Source: Acidobacteriota bacterium (GTDB taxonomy: Bacteria > Acidobacteriota > Thermoanaerobaculia > Gp7-AA8). Taken from it: 64,000 nt of DNA. The notes beneath the pieces are model-generated. The model was not told the DNA's origin and did no database searches. It saw only the letters and a program-made list of their open reading frames with translations. The DNA is taken from the NCBI GenBank assembly GCA_003223645.1, contig QHVT01000006.1, positions 340,967 to 404,966 on the forward strand. The letters run 5' to 3'. Of this stretch, positions 17,522 through 26,477 are shown one piece after another. A program made the translations under genes and the position numbers. Every line of letters starts with the position of its first letter. Position 1 is the stretch's first letter.

Positions 17522-18881
17522 ATTTCGTCACGGCGCCGCCGCAGTCGGTGATCATCTGACTCTCCAACTCTGCGATCTGCGGCGACCTGCGCGACGTCGA
17601 GAATTCGTCGCGCACCCAGGCCTCGAAGTCGGGATCCTGACGCGGCACCATGATGCCGTTCTTGAACTTCAATACGCTCTCTTTGAGCAGACGGATCTTC
17701 GCCTGCGGATGCATCCGGATGTAGCGGTAGGCAGTCACTCGATCGACGACCGCGACATCGCCGGCCGCCGCACTCACGATGCTGAGCGCAGTTCCGATGT
17801 CCGGATTCTGCACCACGATCGTATTGAACGACTCGATGCGGAGCTCGCGCACGGCGTACTCCCAACCGGCCTCCCCTTCCGCGACCGCCCAACGCAGTTG
17901 CATGCCGCGCAGATCGTCGAGCGTCTGGATCTTGCTGTCGTCCGCCACGACGGCGCAGAGGTCGATGCTGTGGAAGTTGCACGTGAAGTCCGCGTAGTCG
18001 CGGCGCTCGGAAGTCTCGAACACCGACAGCACGAGATCGATCGCGCGCGGATCCGCGACCGGCTTCGCGAAGATGTCGCTGGTGAACTCCTGCCATTGAA
18101 TCGGAACGAAGTCCACTTGCAGTCCGGTGCGCGCGGCGACGTCGCGCGCGAGATCGACGTAGTAGCCGCTGAACGTGACTTGCCGGTCATTCGTGAATTG
18201 GTAATCGGCGAGCGGCGGATGTTTCGTGACGCCGCAGCGCAGATGCCGTTTCGACATCACCAGCTCGCGGCGGCTCGGACGAAGGGACGTTGGTGAGAGT
18301 CTCGCGGTCGAGAGCTCCGGCCGCTGGAGCAATTGTCGTAAATGCTGCTCCACCCGTTCAAAGAATCCCTTCTCGCTGCCGCGGACTCCCGAATACGTTC
18401 CGATGATGCCGAGCTTCTCGACTTCCTCGCGAAACTTGAACACGCGCGTCAGCTCTTTCGAGGCCGCGACGGACTTCGGCTGCGGAGGATCATCGTTGAA
18501 ATAGAACAGCATCCACGCCTGCGTCTTCGCGTTCACGTTCTCGAGCGCGTTGCGGAACTCCTTCTCCGTACCCGACGCGCGCTTGCCGCCGCCGCCGAAG
18601 CGGGACGACATGATGCCGAGGTAGATGTCGCAGAGAGGCGTCTGGTCGTCGACGACGTCCTGCGGCGCGAGCCCGAGGCGCGGGATGACGTTGTCCTCCC
18701 ACTTGAACAGCTTGAGCTGACGCCCGGTCAGATTCCCCTCGGTTTCGTTGATGCGCGCGATCACTTCATCGAGGACGTTGCGCTCCGGCTCGCAGTCGCC
18801 GGGCGAAGAGACGAAGATTCGGATGAATGACAATGGAGGCTCCGGCTTTTTGGGATGTCGATGCTTCCCAAAATGATACAC
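17514..18881 (-). CDS. DUF4062-like N-terminal domain fused to cytoplasmic family-3 solute-binding (PBP type II) domain
   Basis: GTG start with GAGG 5 nt upstream; N-terminus FIRIFVSSPGDCEPERNVL matches DUF4062 signature; C-terminal 250 aa match SBP_bac_3 (GYYVDLARDVAARTGLQVDFVPIQWQEF ... LDDLRGMQL ... VDRVTAYRYI); no signal peptide. Confidence 0.65.
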   Translation of the reverse strand: MYHFGKHRHPKKPEPPLSFIRIFVSSPGDCEPERNVLDEVIARINETEGNLTGRQLKLFKWEDNVIPRLGLAPQDVVDDQTPLCDIYLGIMSSRFGGGGKRASGTEKEFRNALENVNAKTQAWMLFYFNDDPPQPKSVAASKELTRVFKFREEVEKLGIIGTYSGVRGSEKGFFERVEQHLRQLLQRPELSTARLSPTSLRPSRRELVMSKRHLRCGVTKHPPLADYQFTNDRQVTFSGYYVDLARDVAARTGLQVDFVPIQWQEFTSDIFAKPVADPRAIDLVLSVFETSERRDYADFTCNFHSIDLCAVVADDSKIQTLDDLRGMQLRWAVAEGEAGWEYAVRELRIESFNTIVVQNPDIGTALSIVSAAAGDVAVVDRVTAYRYIRMHPQAKIRLLKESVLKFKNGIMVPRQDPDFEAWVRDEFSTSRRSPQIAELESQMITDCGGAVTKYA

Positions 18882-19055
18882 GGAGCCTCACTTGCGCGCG
18901 CGGCTCAGCGCGACGCCGAGCGCGAGCATTCCACGGGATCATCCAGTGGTGATTCGTCGCTTCGCCGACTCGTACGCATAGTCGCAGCACTGCGCTGGAC
19001 GTCGTTCTTCTGATTCTTGAGTGATAAATCCCGGCGTGTCGGCGCCGGGGCAATT

Positions 19056-19235
19056 TCACGGAAGCGGTGGTCGCATCCCGTCATCGTCAGGTTGTAGCGT
19101 GAAAACGCTCCTGATAATCCGCGCAATGCGATCGAAGAAGCCGTCATGGCGGTCGCCCGGATCGTTTGAACGCGCGAGTGCGGGTGTGGAGCCAAGAGCA
19201 ATGAGCAGCAAGGCGCCGGAAAAGAGCCTTCGCAT
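19056..19235 (-). CDS. Small secreted peptide (59 aa, signal peptide + about 38 aa)
   Basis: MRRLFSGALLLIALGSTPALARS... ending GMRPPLP; below ORF-track size cutoff; sits between TPR-like genes and DUF4062 gene. Confidence 0.3.
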   Translation of the reverse strand: MRRLFSGALLLIALGSTPALARSNDPGDRHDGFFDRIARIIRSVFTLQPDDDGMRPPLP

Positions 19236-19277
19236 GTGAGACCCCCTTGAACAGGCGGTCCACTCTCGCGGGCGATG

Positions 19278-19931
19278 TTACACGGTCAGCGGTGAGATCG
19301 GCGCCCGGAAGGGGAACGGACGCTGATACGTGATCCGAAAGATGTATCGGCGAACGTCGAATACCACGTCCTCGGTCAGCGCATATTGCTGGGCGAGCTC
19401 GCGCAAGTACGTCATGACTTCAGCAGTGAGCCCGCGCCTGCGCGTCGGCTCATTCCGATCCAACCGGGTCGAGTATTCGGCTAGAGATCGACATATGGAG
19501 ATCGCGGCCTTGTATCGTTCGAGCGCGACCGTTGATGCCACCGCGTCGATTCCCACACGAACGAGCGCATCGTCGTTGTTTAAGAGCTGATACTTCGCCG
19601 TCGCGTCAGCGAACGCATCGAGTGCCGGATCATGTTCGGTCCTCAGCGCAAGGAGCTTTCCACGCAGCCAGTAATCACGCGCGAGGAGAGCGGTTGCGTT
19701 TCGACGCCGGTCATCCACTTCGAGAGCCGCCAGGCATTCATCGATATCGCTGGCGGCGTCTCCATTTTCGATGCGTGCCCACAACAAATTACTGAGCGCA
19801 TCGTGCCAGGCAGCGATGTCGCTCTCAGGAGTTCGAACGAATACCTCATGACAGACCTCAACGGAACGGGGATCGCCGCTCCGATAAAGTAGTAATCCAC
19901 GCGTACTCCGCGCGCGAAGCCATCCACTCAA
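19278..19931 (-). CDS. TPR-like helical repeat protein (possibly C-terminal part of a frameshifted gene)
   Basis: 217 aa, helical repeat character (DYWLRGKLLALRTEHDPALDAFADATAKYQLL); TTG start overlapping upstream ORF stop; lower GC. Confidence 0.45.
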   Translation of the reverse strand: MSGWLRARSTRGLLLYRSGDPRSVEVCHEVFVRTPESDIAAWHDALSNLLWARIENGDAASDIDECLAALEVDDRRRNATALLARDYWLRGKLLALRTEHDPALDAFADATAKYQLLNNDDALVRVGIDAVASTVALERYKAAISICRSLAEYSTRLDRNEPTRRRGLTAEVMTYLRELAQQYALTEDVVFDVRRYIFRITYQRPFPFRAPISPLTV

Positions 19932-20323
19932 TCGCGACGAACATAGATCGGCTCTACGACATCCAAGAGTGCTCTTGCGTCGTCAGGACACCAAATATCG
20001 CGCTCGATGGCCAGCAACGCCCGTGACAATAGAATCGACGCATCTGCCAACTCCACATCCCGAACGTGCATCGCCGCTTCCGTTGCTGCGGCAAGAGCGA
20101 TGCGGCACTCCTCATAGCGTCCCGACTCGCGTAGAAGCGCGGAATGAATCTTCCACGTCTCGAAACGATGAAGGAAGTCGAGCCGACCGCGGGCATGATC
20201 CGCGCCTACACCGCCGCGTGTATCGCAATTACCGATGACGAGACGATCTCGCCGCTCGATCTGTTCGAGCTGCAGCCGGACGCGGAGGAGATCGCGGCGG
20301 CGCGAAGGCGTTACGAGCAGCAT
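19928..20323 (-). CDS. Hypothetical helical protein (possible N-terminal part of the same TPR-like gene)
   Basis: 131 aa; stop overlaps start of 19278-19931 ORF. Confidence 0.4.
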   Translation of the reverse strand: MLLVTPSRRRDLLRVRLQLEQIERRDRLVIGNCDTRGGVGADHARGRLDFLHRFETWKIHSALLRESGRYEECRIALAAATEAAMHVRDVELADASILLSRALLAIERDIWCPDDARALLDVVEPIYVRRD

Positions 20324-20360
20324 CAGAAGGTCGCGAGACGGCGCGCGCGGCGTTGACGCG

Positions 20361-20885
20361 TCATTGAGAACGCGCAGCCGCTGCTTCTGCGCATACGCTC
20401 GTGTCGAATCTGTATCCGTGCCACCAGCGAGCCCACAAGCGCCACAACGGACGAATCAGGCGCCAGTGCCACGCGTGACGGCGTATCTGCCGAAGACGTG
20501 TCTCGCCGAACCTGTCAGACAACTCCGGGGAAAGGCAGCCCTCTAACAGGATTTGTCCGTGCTCGCATCTGGCCTGGACTAAATAGTCTCGTTCCGCAAA
20601 CAAATCACCGCAGGAAGTCTGTACGTGAACGACGATCGATCGCCCGAGCGGTTTGGTGAACCACTGCGTTACCTCGACCGTCGAGACAGGATGGGGGTAA
20701 GGATAACCATCCGTGACCGTCACCTCGCGATTGGTGACATGGCCTGTGAACAGGATCTCGGCACTGAGAAACGTCTGGCGAGCCGGGGGTGGTAGACATT
20801 GGCAGGCGCGGATGCTTCGGGTGCTCGCGAGCGAGAGCGCGATCACGGCGATGCAGACATACCAGCGGTGCTGTGTCACTGGCAT
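20361..20885 (-). CDS. Secreted NTR/TIMP-like (tissue inhibitor of metalloproteinase-like) OB-fold protein
   Basis: Signal peptide MPVTQHRWYVCIAVIALSLAS then mature N-terminus ACQCLPPPARQTFLSAEILFTGHV resembling TIMP N-terminal CxC..P...AF motif; later TSCG. Confidence 0.5.
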   Translation of the reverse strand: MPVTQHRWYVCIAVIALSLASTRSIRACQCLPPPARQTFLSAEILFTGHVTNREVTVTDGYPYPHPVSTVEVTQWFTKPLGRSIVVHVQTSCGDLFAERDYLVQARCEHGQILLEGCLSPELSDRFGETRLRQIRRHAWHWRLIRPLWRLWARWWHGYRFDTSVCAEAAAARSQ

Positions 20886-20895
20886 CGACCAATCG

Positions 20896-21840
20896 TCAGC
20901 GAGCCTTCTTGGCCATTCGATCCAATCCCTCGACGGTGTGCCGCAAGCCCAGTTCCGCTTCGGCGCGAACCGCAATGCTCTTGGTGGCGAGCGCGTCACG
21001 GTAGTAGCTCTGCGCGAACTTGAAGTACTTCACTGCCTCGGTCTCGTCTCCACGCCGCTCTGCTGTCCATGCCTCGTAGCGCCCAGAATCCGCGGCGGCC
21101 TTCAGCAGGTACGGATATGCGGGAGAGGTTTCGAACCTGTCGGCCGCCTCAAGCAGAGCGGGGATAGAATTCCTGTCGCCACGGTGGAGCGCACGAAGCG
21201 CAAGGACATATGGGTAATACCCCGATTCCGGATGGAACTGGCGGATCTCATCGGCGAGCGCCATGCCCGGCTTGGTCGCCTGGAACGAGATGTCTGACCA
21301 CTTGCCATCCGATATGGTCTGCATACGCTTCCAGATTTCCGCGTCGATCCCGACAGGCTCCATAACGGTGATCGCGACCGTTGGCGTGCGGACGGCGCAG
21401 ATCGGGTCAAAAAACTCATCGCCGACGCGCAACTCGAGGGCGATGCCATAGGCTCCGGGACCAGAGAATGACGGATAGATGAACCAACTCGGAATACCGT
21501 GGTCCCAACTCGCCGCCTGCTGCATCGACTGGCCTGGCTGGAGACGGGACGGCAGAAGTGACTGGAGGGTCCACTGATCGTGCGCCTCCGGATCCGGGTT
21601 GTGCATCACCTTCGTTTCACCGCCAGGGAAGGTCACCACCAGGGTGGCCTCGGCCCCGCTGATCGTGACCGGCCGATCCGAAACATTGGTATACGTGACG
21701 ACGATGTCGAACGGGATACCCGGAAGAACGTGATCGTATGGAAGCGTCAGCCTGGCCTCGACCGGCGTCGCTGCCTGGCCCGTCGGCGCCAGGACGGCTG
21801 AGAGGATCACCACCGCGGCTGCAAGCATCGATCTCATCAT
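20896..21840 (-). CDS. Secreted hypothetical protein (Ig-like N-region, TPR-like C-region)
   Basis: Start MMRSMLAAAVVILSAVLAPTGQA at 21840; 314 aa. Confidence 0.55.
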   Translation of the reverse strand: MMRSMLAAAVVILSAVLAPTGQAATPVEARLTLPYDHVLPGIPFDIVVTYTNVSDRPVTISGAEATLVVTFPGGETKVMHNPDPEAHDQWTLQSLLPSRLQPGQSMQQAASWDHGIPSWFIYPSFSGPGAYGIALELRVGDEFFDPICAVRTPTVAITVMEPVGIDAEIWKRMQTISDGKWSDISFQATKPGMALADEIRQFHPESGYYPYVLALRALHRGDRNSIPALLEAADRFETSPAYPYLLKAAADSGRYEAWTAERRGDETEAVKYFKFAQSYYRDALATKSIAVRAEAELGLRHTVEGLDRMAKKAR

Positions 21841-21848
21841 CCCTCCTT

Positions 21849-22793
21849 TTACGGCTCGAACGGGTCGCGCCGCTTGCGAATTTCGAGATATTCCGAGTGG
21901 ATTCCGCCGCCCGGCAAAGTCAGGAAGTGGAAACGAGCGATTCCGTTCATGCGCTGGGAGAAAGTACCGGCGCCCGGATCGGCATATGCAGCGAGCAGGC
22001 AATAGATCTTTGGATCATCCCAGACCTTCGTCGTAGTTGGGCAGTGATCGAACAGATTCCACAGGCCGTTCGTCCTCCATTGGTGAGCAATCTCGTGAGC
22101 TGCCGTTTTCTTGGCCCACAGACTCACGTCGCTCGCATTGTTTCCGCTCAAGGCGTGGTCGATTGTGTCGCAGAATACCCACGACGACGTCCGGGCATCC
22201 ACCTCCGAGATGGTGAGTCCTGCATCGGGTCCAAAGGCGTCGCCCGCGGCTTCATCCGACGCGATGACCAGCAACTGGTGATTCGGCTCGAGCGTACCGG
22301 TCGCGATTGTCGTCCGGCACGCGCTGCGCCTGCGGTACATAGAGCGCGGTGTCTGGAGGATCGGCGACGCGCAGCCAGACGTCCGCTTCCGGACTCGCGG
22401 TATTCGAAGTCACGGCGCCGCGGAATCGGAAGCGCGGCTTCCCTCCGGGCTGGCTCGAAACGATCTGGAACGGCGAGAGATCCGTGTCGCCCGGCTTCGG
22501 GTGAAGAATGAGCTTCTGCGACATCGCCGGCACGAGCACGAACGCGAACTTCCGCGGCTCGGTTCTGAAAATCAGCTCGCCCTTCTCAGCGGAATCCGCA
22601 CCTTCAAGTAGCTCCAGTTCGAGCCCGCGGTGTCCATAAACGCGATGTTTCTCGTTCCCTCGAAGTATCTGCAGCCTTCGGTGCTGATCTGCGGATTCCA
22701 GTCGATGAGGATCGTGTGATCCGTCGCCTGCGCGAAACCTTTGACTGCGAGTAGCAGCGCGAACGCGGCCGCGATGACATTCGACCTTTGCAT
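21849..22793 (-). pseudogene. Secreted zincin-like metallopeptidase (HExxH) disrupted by two frameshifts
   Basis: Signal-peptide ORF 22572-22793 (MQRSNVIAAAFALLLAVKGFAQA) continues in a second frame (22252-22572) and then a third (21849-22340) containing AHEIAHQW zinc-binding motif; the three frames tile without gaps. Confidence 0.45.
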
Positions 22794-23152
22794 TGAAGAC
22801 CTCTCTGCGAGCGAATGTAGGTCGGCCTACTCCCATCCGTCAATATGGAGCAAACATGCGTCACGACGATTGACGGGAGTCTGAAGGGATTGTGCAGCGA
22901 CGACCTTAGGCGCCACCTCACGCGCTTGTGAACAGCGCGTCCACGGGCCGCGATGCCATCGATCTTTGTCATCCCGGGTAATCGCCATCACTGCATACGA
23001 GCGGCACAAGCGAGTGGCGCGGCGGTTGCGGACGACGCGACAACGGGGTTCGCGATGCAAACCGGTGGGCTCGCGAGCTCACGACGTGGGATCGGGTGGG
23101 AGAGACGCGGGTCGCGCGCGCGGACGCGCCGCGCAACCCGCGAAAGGGTTGC

Positions 23153-23485
23153 TTAGAGGTTGCGGTCGATGAAGTTCTGCAGCGCGTTTTTCGGCGCCGC
23201 TCCGACCATGCGGTCGACGAGCTTGCCGTCCTTAAACATCATCAGCGTCGGGATCGAGGTCACGCCGAAACGCTGTGCGATGACGGGGTTGTCGTCGACA
23301 TTCATCTTGCCGATGACGGCCTTGCCGTCGTAGTTCGGCGCGAGCTCTTCGACGACCGGGCCGATCAGCCGGCACGGGCCGCACCACGGCGCCCAGAAGT
23401 CGACGAACACGGGCTTCCCGGCGTTGATGACGCTGTCGAAGTCGCCGTCGGTGAGCTGTTGAATGGATTTGGTTTCAGTCGCCAT
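23153..23485 (-). CDS. trxA: Thioredoxin
   Basis: 110 aa, canonical WCGPC active site ([10 protein letters not shown]). Confidence 0.95.
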   Translation of the reverse strand: MATETKSIQQLTDGDFDSVINAGKPVFVDFWAPWCGPCRLIGPVVEELAPNYDGKAVIGKMNVDDNPVIAQRFGVTSIPTLMMFKDGKLVDRMVGAAPKNALQNFIDRNL

Positions 23486-23655
23486 TTCTGCAAGATCTCC
23501 TAACGATCTCAGTCAAAGCCGAGCCTGTCGCAACATATTCCTAACCGTTTGTGTTTGCGCGTTCGGTGCCGATCCACGTGGGCTTTGCAGCCGATATGCG
23601 GCGGTTTGCCGTCATCGCCCTCGCGCTGTCGCTGCCAGTGCTGCACAGCCATGGC

Positions 23656-23686
23656 GCTGCTGGGTAGTGTCCTAATTTGGACGGCC
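23656..23686. repeat. Left terminal inverted repeat of the 3.3 kb element
   Basis: 18-nt core GGTAGTGTCCTAATTTG identical to right end. Confidence 0.6.
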
Positions 23687-24133
23687 CGGGAAAAAGTACG
23701 CCTCCCGGTATCCCGGCGCAACCTTGTCCATCCGTTCGGCCATCGTTCCGGCGAAGTCAATCAGCTCGCCGTGCAGCGCGGCGTCCAGCGTCATCCGCTG
23801 CTCTCCAGCAACCGTCTCCAGCGCCAGAATGATGAACTCCGGCAGCCGGACGGTGACGGCGCGAAGGGCCAGCAGGGGCGGCAGGACTCGCGCAGCGTCC
23901 GCACCAAGCGCGTCCGCTATCTCCGCAAGCGTCCATCGCTCCATCGCCACGTAAACGGCCTGACGCCACAGGAAGCGCCATCGGCCGCGCACCCTTTCCG
24001 CGTCGCGGTCACCGCCCGCTACCTCCCGCCGCAGCGCGCGGACTGGCGTGTCCGTCAGGCGCGCAACCTCGCCGAGAGTGTACGACTCTGCCGGGTCGAG
24101 AAAGAGCGAACGGATGCGCTGACATCTGTCCAT
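23672..24133 (-). CDS. Helix-turn-helix domain protein (MerR/excisionase-like HTH, tentative)
   Basis: ESYTLGEVARLTDTPVRALRRE HTH-like segment; start at internal M (MDRCQRIRS); C-terminus overlaps left IR. Confidence 0.4.
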   Translation of the reverse strand: MDRCQRIRSLFLDPAESYTLGEVARLTDTPVRALRREVAGGDRDAERVRGRWRFLWRQAVYVAMERWTLAEIADALGADAARVLPPLLALRAVTVRLPEFIILALETVAGEQRMTLDAALHGELIDFAGTMAERMDKVAPGYREAYFFPGRPN

Positions 24134-24195
24134 CGAAGCCTCCCACCTAACTATAGTGGGATGGAGGTTACACCGATCTATGGTTAGGGTAAAGG

Positions 24196-24459
24196 GTGAT
24201 GTCACGTCGGAAGGAACGGAGCCCGGAAGGGCAGCGGTTCGGCGACACGTTGCGCCGACTTCGGAACGAGCGCGACCTGAGTCAGGAACGGCTCGCGGAA
24301 GCGGCGAATCTGACGGCGGATTACGTCGGCTTCGTCGAGCGCGGGGAGAACGTGCCGACGCTGACCGTTCTCCTCAAGCTGGCGAGGGCGCTCAGAGTCG
24401 ATGCGTCGGAGTTACTGAGCGAGTTCACGGTAGCGACGTTGAAGCGCATGAAGTTGTAG
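24196..24459 (+). CDS. XRE-family (Cro/C1-type) HTH transcriptional regulator
   Basis: LRRLRNERDLSQERLAEAANLTADYVGFVERGENVPTLTVLLKLARAL is a classic XRE HTH. Confidence 0.8.
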   Translation: MMSRRKERSPEGQRFGDTLRRLRNERDLSQERLAEAANLTADYVGFVERGENVPTLTVLLKLARALRVDASELLSEFTVATLKRMKL

Positions 24460-24537
24460 GCTACTCCGTCGCTGCCCGCGCAACTGTCGATCCTGGACAA
24501 GTCGAGGGAGGAATTACCCTTGCGGCGGCGTGACAGG

Positions 24538-25536
24538 CTATCGGTATTTCAACTGTGTTTCGTCTGTGTCGTTGTGCTCATTACAGACGTCAAATGTCTT
24601 AAATTGCGGCGACAGGAGATAGCAGAACGTCAGCCAGTGCGGATGGCGGAAAACATCCTTGTACTCTACACGCCCGTGCACCCATACCAACGCGGAACCG
24701 TTGGCAATCTCGTCTATGTAGCTTTGGGTCATGGCGAGCGGGCGGTGCGCTTTGTCCTGAATCGGAAATGTACTGAGGTGATACGGAACCGTAGGCGCGA
24801 TGACGCCGCGACTGTCAAGCACGCCAACAACGATGTCATCGTATTTAAAAGAAGGCTTCTCGGTGGGGCGGGTGACTTCCAGTTTAAAATCAGCATGAAC
24901 GTGCAGTGCTGGAGTCTTGCCTGTATTTCTAATCGATACGTCTGCCTTATACGGCGAACCTACAACCAATTCTCCCTTAATATTATCGACACCAAGCCAC
25001 GCACGTTGATCCAAACGAGAGGCGTTGATACTCGCGTCAAGCGCGGCCCTACCTTGCGCAAGATTGGTTTTCAGCACATTCTGGTTTTCGCCCAGCAGCT
25101 TCGCAAGTTCCTCGCGGTTTTCCTTCAGCGTGTTCTCGATCGCCGCCTTGTTTTGGGCGAGGTTCGTTTTATTGTCGGCAACCATCTGCTTCTGATGGTC
25201 AGAGATGGCGTTAGCGGCGGTAATCAATTTGTCAGTTTGTACGCTCGTGCCGTGCATTTCGGCGAGTTGGGAGCGCATCGTCCACCATTGAAGCGCAGCG
25301 AAAAAAGTGTAGACGGCGGTGACTACCACTACCCCACGCGTCCAGTTAAAGCTACGTCGCTGAATTTCGAGGCCTTGCTGTTGAAGTTTGGCGCTAAGTT
25401 CTTCAAATTTGCTGAGGGCATCGCGTATCTTATCCTCGGGAGTCTTGGGGTTCGTATCGCTGGCTGGAGTTTCGACAGTCGGCGGCATCCTATTAGCGCT
25501 GACTGGAGCCTTCTTGTCGGAGTTCTGACCGTTCAT
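24538..25536 (-). CDS. Hypothetical membrane-anchored protein (AT-rich, likely horizontally acquired)
   Basis: 332 aa, single TM (GVVVVTAVYTFFAALQWW), coiled-coil then beta-rich region; preferred over Arg-rich antisense ORF 24520-25584. Confidence 0.5.
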   Translation of the reverse strand: MNGQNSDKKAPVSANRMPPTVETPASDTNPKTPEDKIRDALSKFEELSAKLQQQGLEIQRRSFNWTRGVVVVTAVYTFFAALQWWTMRSQLAEMHGTSVQTDKLITAANAISDHQKQMVADNKTNLAQNKAAIENTLKENREELAKLLGENQNVLKTNLAQGRAALDASINASRLDQRAWLGVDNIKGELVVGSPYKADVSIRNTGKTPALHVHADFKLEVTRPTEKPSFKYDDIVVGVLDSRGVIAPTVPYHLSTFPIQDKAHRPLAMTQSYIDEIANGSALVWVHGRVEYKDVFRHPHWLTFCYLLSPQFKTFDVCNEHNDTDETQLKYR

Positions 25537-25651
25537 GTCGCGGCTGTCCTACTAGCGTTGAGGGTTGTGGTGCTGTTCGTATGATTCGCTGTTGTTAACT
25601 GTAGCACAAAAACTCTGGACAAACATAGATTGTTGTAATACACTTACTCAT

Positions 25652-26383
25652 ATGGCAAACGTCCTCAACGTCGAGAAGCAAACCGTCATCATCGGCTCAC
25701 TCGCCGAGGGATCAAGCATCCGCTCCATCGAGCGTATGACCGGAGTCCACCGTGACACCATCATGCGTCTCGGTGTGAAGGTCGGAGAGGGATGCGCGAA
25801 GATTCTGGACGCGATCATGCGCGATCTTCCCTGCACGCATTTGCAGATGGATGAGATTTGGGGATACATCGGTAAGAAACAGCGCCACGTTGCGCCGTCT
25901 GATGATCCTTCCATGGGCGATGCGTGGACGTTCTGCGCGATCGATTCCGAAACCAAACTCGTTCCGGCGTTCAAGGTCGGAAAGCGCGATAGCGAGACGG
26001 CAAACGCGTTCGTCGCGGACCTTGCCTCGCGCATGAGCAATCGCGTGCAGCTTTCCTCTGATGGTCTCAAGGCGTACGTTGAAGCCGTGGAGTTGGCGTT
26101 CGGTGCCGACGTCGATTACGCGCAGGTCATTAAGACGTACACGGAAGATCAGTCGAAAACGCCGGAGCGCCGCTACAGCGCCGCGCGCATCCTGACTGTA
26201 GAGAAGCGCGCCGTGCAGGGCGATCCCGACATGAAGGCGGCAAATACCAGTTACGTTGAGCGCCTGAACGCCACGACGCGCCAGCACATGCGCCGACTGA
26301 CCCGGCTCACGCATGCCTTCAGCAAGAAACTGGAGAACTTTGAAGCGGCGGTTGCGCTGCACTTCGCGTATTACAACTCGTGA
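25652..26383 (+). CDS. IS1-family transposase (fused InsA-InsB type)
   Basis: N-terminal HTH (SIRSIERMTGVHRDTIMR) and C-terminal DDE region with YVERLNATTRQHMRRLTRLTHAFSKKLENFEAAVALHFAYYN resembling IS1 InsB IERHNLNLRQHLARL...FSKS motif. Confidence 0.7.
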   Translation: MANVLNVEKQTVIIGSLAEGSSIRSIERMTGVHRDTIMRLGVKVGEGCAKILDAIMRDLPCTHLQMDEIWGYIGKKQRHVAPSDDPSMGDAWTFCAIDSETKLVPAFKVGKRDSETANAFVADLASRMSNRVQLSSDGLKAYVEAVELAFGADVDYAQVIKTYTEDQSKTPERRYSAARILTVEKRAVQGDPDMKAANTSYVERLNATTRQHMRRLTRLTHAFSKKLENFEAAVALHFAYYNS

Positions 26384-26477
26384 AGCGCCACGAAACGATT
26401 CGCTGCACTCCCGCGATGGCTGCCGAGGTTGTATCGTCGCCGTGGACGGTGCGTCAGTTAGTGGAGATCGCGCTCGC

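Noticed and set aside
18905-19201. 98-aa minus-strand ORF and 72-aa plus-strand ORF (19021-19239) in the gap upstream of the DUF4062 gene
   Set aside because: Neither has a plausible start context or composition. The only protein-like reading of this gap is the 59-aa signal-peptide ORF (19056-19235), reported with low confidence.
22604-22972. 122-aa minus-strand ORF upstream of the frameshifted metalloprotease
   Set aside because: Arg/Ser-rich with no motif. It overlaps the signal-peptide segment of the pseudogene in another frame.
23096-23150. GC-rich palindrome downstream of trxA as a Rho-independent terminator
   Set aside because: The stem CGCGGGT...ACCCGCG is present but no T-rich tract follows on the trxA strand, so it is not called.
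24520-25584. 354-aa plus-strand ORF opposite the AT-rich membrane protein gene
   Set aside because: Its translation is Arg/Leu-rich and irregular, whereas the minus-strand ORF (24538-25536) has a TM segment, a coiled coil and balanced composition.
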